Shown here piece after piece: positions 61,637-64,000 of a DNA stretch of 64,000 bases (its first letter is position 1; each line of letters starts with the position of its first letter). Under the pieces are notes generated by a model. It made no database searches and was not told the origin of the DNA. It worked only from the letters and a program-made list of their open reading frames with translations. The translations under genes were made by a program, and so were the position numbers. The stretch is from an uncultured Armatimonadetes bacterium. Its GTDB lineage: Bacteria > Armatimonadota > Hebobacteria > Hebobacterales > Hebobacteraceae. The DNA lies in contig OY970296.1 in NCBI GenBank assembly GCA_963716175.1, positions 4,064,001-4,128,000 of the forward strand, read 5' to 3'.

Positions 61637-63274
61637 CTAGATCGGCCCCAGGCTGGCCGGCACCGCCTCTTCCTTCACGATGCGCGGGGTGATGAAGAGC
61701 AAGGTCTCCGTCTCGGAGAAGTGGTGGGTGCGTGTCGTGAACAGGAGGTCTCCGATCAAAGGCAGGCTGCCCAGGATCGGAAGCCTGAGCTCGGTGTCCT
61801 GGACCTCGCCTCCGATGAACCCGCCCACCACGAAAGTCTCGCCGTCTCGCACGTTCACCGTGGTGAGCAGTTGGTTGGTAGTCCAGATCGGGGCGTTGTA
61901 GCTGCCGTAGTTGGCGAGCGGGACCGGGACGGTGCCGGTCTGTCTGGTCCTGACGTACGGGATCACCATGTTGATGGTCCCATCCCCCAGGATCTGGGGC
62001 AGAATGCTCAACTGGGTGAGAATGGGCATGTAAGTGATGCTGACGGTTTGCACCCCGCCGCCGCCCAGGCCGCCGCCGGCCACGCCTCCCACCTGGACTA
62101 GCGGGTAGGTGACGGTGACCGAGTTGTAGGCGGGAAGCAGGTTCATGGTAGAGATGCGGATCGCGTCGGTGACTCGGCCGCGGCCGGTGGTGAGCAAGTA
62201 TTGCAGGGTGGCCTGGAAGTTGTGGCGACCCGCATACCCGATGCGCAGGCTGTTGGCTCCCGGCGGAAGGAAGCCGACCGGCTGGATGGTGGTGTCGCCG
62301 ACAGAGTAGAACCACTGAATGCCGAAGCTCTTCTCCAACTCGGTGCTGACCGCCACCGACTGCAGCTCCACGATGATCTGCTGAGGCTTCCGGTCAATGA
62401 TCTTGATGAACTCGATCAGCTTGTCAACGCCCTCCTCGCTGCCGCGGATGATGATCCCGTTGAGGATGGGCACGGCCACGACATCGGTGACATCGGCCGG
62501 CATGAACTGAGTCAGAGTCCCGCCGCCCCCGGCGGCCCCGCCCAGGCCACCGCCCCGGCCGCCGCCACCCGCACCCCCGCCGCGGCCACCTCCACCCGCA
62601 CCCCCGCCGCGGCCACCTCCACCCGCACCGCCGCCCCGGCCGCCACCGCCGCCTCCACCCATTCCGCCTCCACCCATTCCGCCTCCGCCGCCGCCGCCTC
62701 GGCCGCCTCCAGCCAACTCACCGAGGCCGCCCGCGCCAACTCCCGGCCCCACGGGAAGGGCAGGGCCCGCCTGCGAGAAGTAGTGGCTATCGGCATAGGG
62801 TACGGGGCCCGGGTCGTCCATGGTGCCGAAGAGATAGCAGAGGTACTGAGGCGGCCAGAAGTGCACGGTGTGCATCCTGGAGATGATGGCCGGCTTGGCG
62901 TCAGCCGCCGCGGCCGGCGCGGCGCTGGGCTGCGAGTTGGGAGCCGGCTGGGCATGGGTGGAGACGAAGTAAGTGCCGTCCTGATCCCGCCACCAGTAGA
63001 AGCCCTTGGCCTGGTAGATGTCCTCCAGCACGCGCTCGACCGGGACGTTGTCGCGGGAGAGTGTGATGGGCCCGCGGACATCACCGTCCAGCACGATGTT
63101 GGCGCCGGCGTTCTTCATGATGGTCTGGATCACATCCGGGATGCTGGCGTCGCGCACGTGAATGCTTATCGGTCCACCCGCGGCCTGCTCCGGGGCCTCG
63201 GCCGCGACTGCGGCCAGGGTGGCCAGGCCTACGATCAGGCTGCCCAGGACCAGCGCGATGACACTTCGCCTCAT
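61637..63274 (-). CDS. Secretin (type II/III secretion protein D-like) with long Gly-rich loop
   Basis: RBS GGAGG + signal peptide; N0-like domain; IDRKPQQIIVE, VRDGETFVVGG, PILGSLPLIGDLLF, LLFITPRIV. Confidence 0.88.
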   Translation of the reverse strand: MRRSVIALVLGSLIVGLATLAAVAAEAPEQAAGGPISIHVRDASIPDVIQTIMKNAGANIVLDGDVRGPITLSRDNVPVERVLEDIYQAKGFYWWRDQDGTYFVSTHAQPAPNSQPSAAPAAAADAKPAIISRMHTVHFWPPQYLCYLFGTMDDPGPVPYADSHYFSQAGPALPVGPGVGAGGLGELAGGGRGGGGGGGMGGGGMGGGGGGGRGGGAGGGGRGGGAGGGGRGGGAGGGGRGGGLGGAAGGGGTLTQFMPADVTDVVAVPILNGIIIRGSEEGVDKLIEFIKIIDRKPQQIIVELQSVAVSTELEKSFGIQWFYSVGDTTIQPVGFLPPGANSLRIGYAGRHNFQATLQYLLTTGRGRVTDAIRISTMNLLPAYNSVTVTYPLVQVGGVAGGGLGGGGVQTVSITYMPILTQLSILPQILGDGTINMVIPYVRTRQTGTVPVPLANYGSYNAPIWTTNQLLTTVNVRDGETFVVGGFIGGEVQDTELRLPILGSLPLIGDLLFTTRTHHFSETETLLFITPRIVKEEAVPASLGPI

Positions 63275-63417
63275 CTCATGACCTCCGAACTCAGTGACTG
63301 GCGCCGCCAGCATGACGCGACTGGCCAACCCGCGAGGAGATTCCCCTCGCCCTTCAATCGCGGCTCTCCCCTCGCCCCTCCGTTGCTCACCGACCCTCGC
63401 CCGGAACCGGCTCGAGG

Positions 63418-64000
63418 TTACCCGCCGCCTCCGATGCCGCCCCCTCCACCGCCGCCGGTGCGACCGCCACCGCCACCACCGCCGGTCCCGCCACCACCAC
63501 CACCGGTCCCGCCGCCACCACCACCGGTCCCGCCGCCACCACCGCCGGTCCCGCCACCTCCACCGCCCGTACCGCCGCCACCAGCGCCGCCGGTGCGAAC
63601 TCCACCGCCACCGCCGCCGCCAGCGCCACCGCCTCCGCCTCCGCCGGTGCGAACTCCACCGCCGCCGCCACCACCGAGGCCGCCACCGCCACCACCGATG
63701 CCGCCGCCACCGCCGCCCAGGCCGCCAAGGCCGCCACCACCAGCGCCGCCGATGCCGCCACCACCACCCATGCCGCCGCCACCGCCGCCGCCACCGTAGC
63801 CGCCGCCCATGCCGCCCATACCGCCGCCGGCGCCTCCGGCGCTGGGGGTGGCCACCGCATATGGGACCGGCGATGGGTTGATCGAGTAGCCACCGAACCA
63901 CTGCGCGATGTAGCGGCTGTCAAGCGCTTGCAGCTCGTAGCGCCCGCCGGGGCCGATCCAGAACACGGGGTACTCGGAGGCCGGGGTCTCCACCGCGGGA
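63418..64000 (-). CDS. Protein with poly-Gly C-terminal tail (5' end outside window)
   Basis: Frame open to window edge; ...SRYIAQWFGG then ~135 aa of G-rich repeats. Confidence 0.7.
   Translation of the reverse strand, partial: PAVETPASEYPVFWIGPGGRYELQALDSRYIAQWFGGYSINPSPVPYAVATPSAGGAGGGMGGMGGGYGGGGGGGGMGGGGGIGGAGGGGLGGLGGGGGGIGGGGGGLGGGGGGGVRTGGGGGGGAGGGGGGGVRTGGAGGGGTGGGGGGTGGGGGGTGGGGGGTGGGGGGTGGGGGGGRTGGGGGGGIGGGG

Overview
A 64-kb, very GC-rich bacterial chromosomal segment; the gene style, including Gly-rich secretin proteins, suggests Armatimonadota or similar (inference only). It is mostly housekeeping: leuS, comEA, hisC, folB, gatB, gyrB/gyrA, pyrE, cobO, folC, glyA, purH, aroB, a tRNA(CAU), envelope and transport genes, sensor proteins and two type II toxin-antitoxin pairs. 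Five genes (leuS, an enolase-family gene, a GH2 gene, gyrB, a radical SAM gene) carry single frameshifts that look like long-read consensus errors. No integrase, transposase, reverse transcriptase or CRISPR array is visible. The most unusual signals are non-coding. (1) A dense family of GTAG/GTTG-led REP-like hairpins has loops carrying interchangeable nested mini-hairpins. Members supply stop codons, bracket small AT-richer passenger genes, and one inverted doublet sits in frame inside leuS. (2) A self-contained ~150-nt minus-strand transcription unit (32669-32854) has a sigma70 promoter, a 12-nt match to the common 16S rRNA tail, further SD-like motifs, a 10-codon ORF and a terminator.
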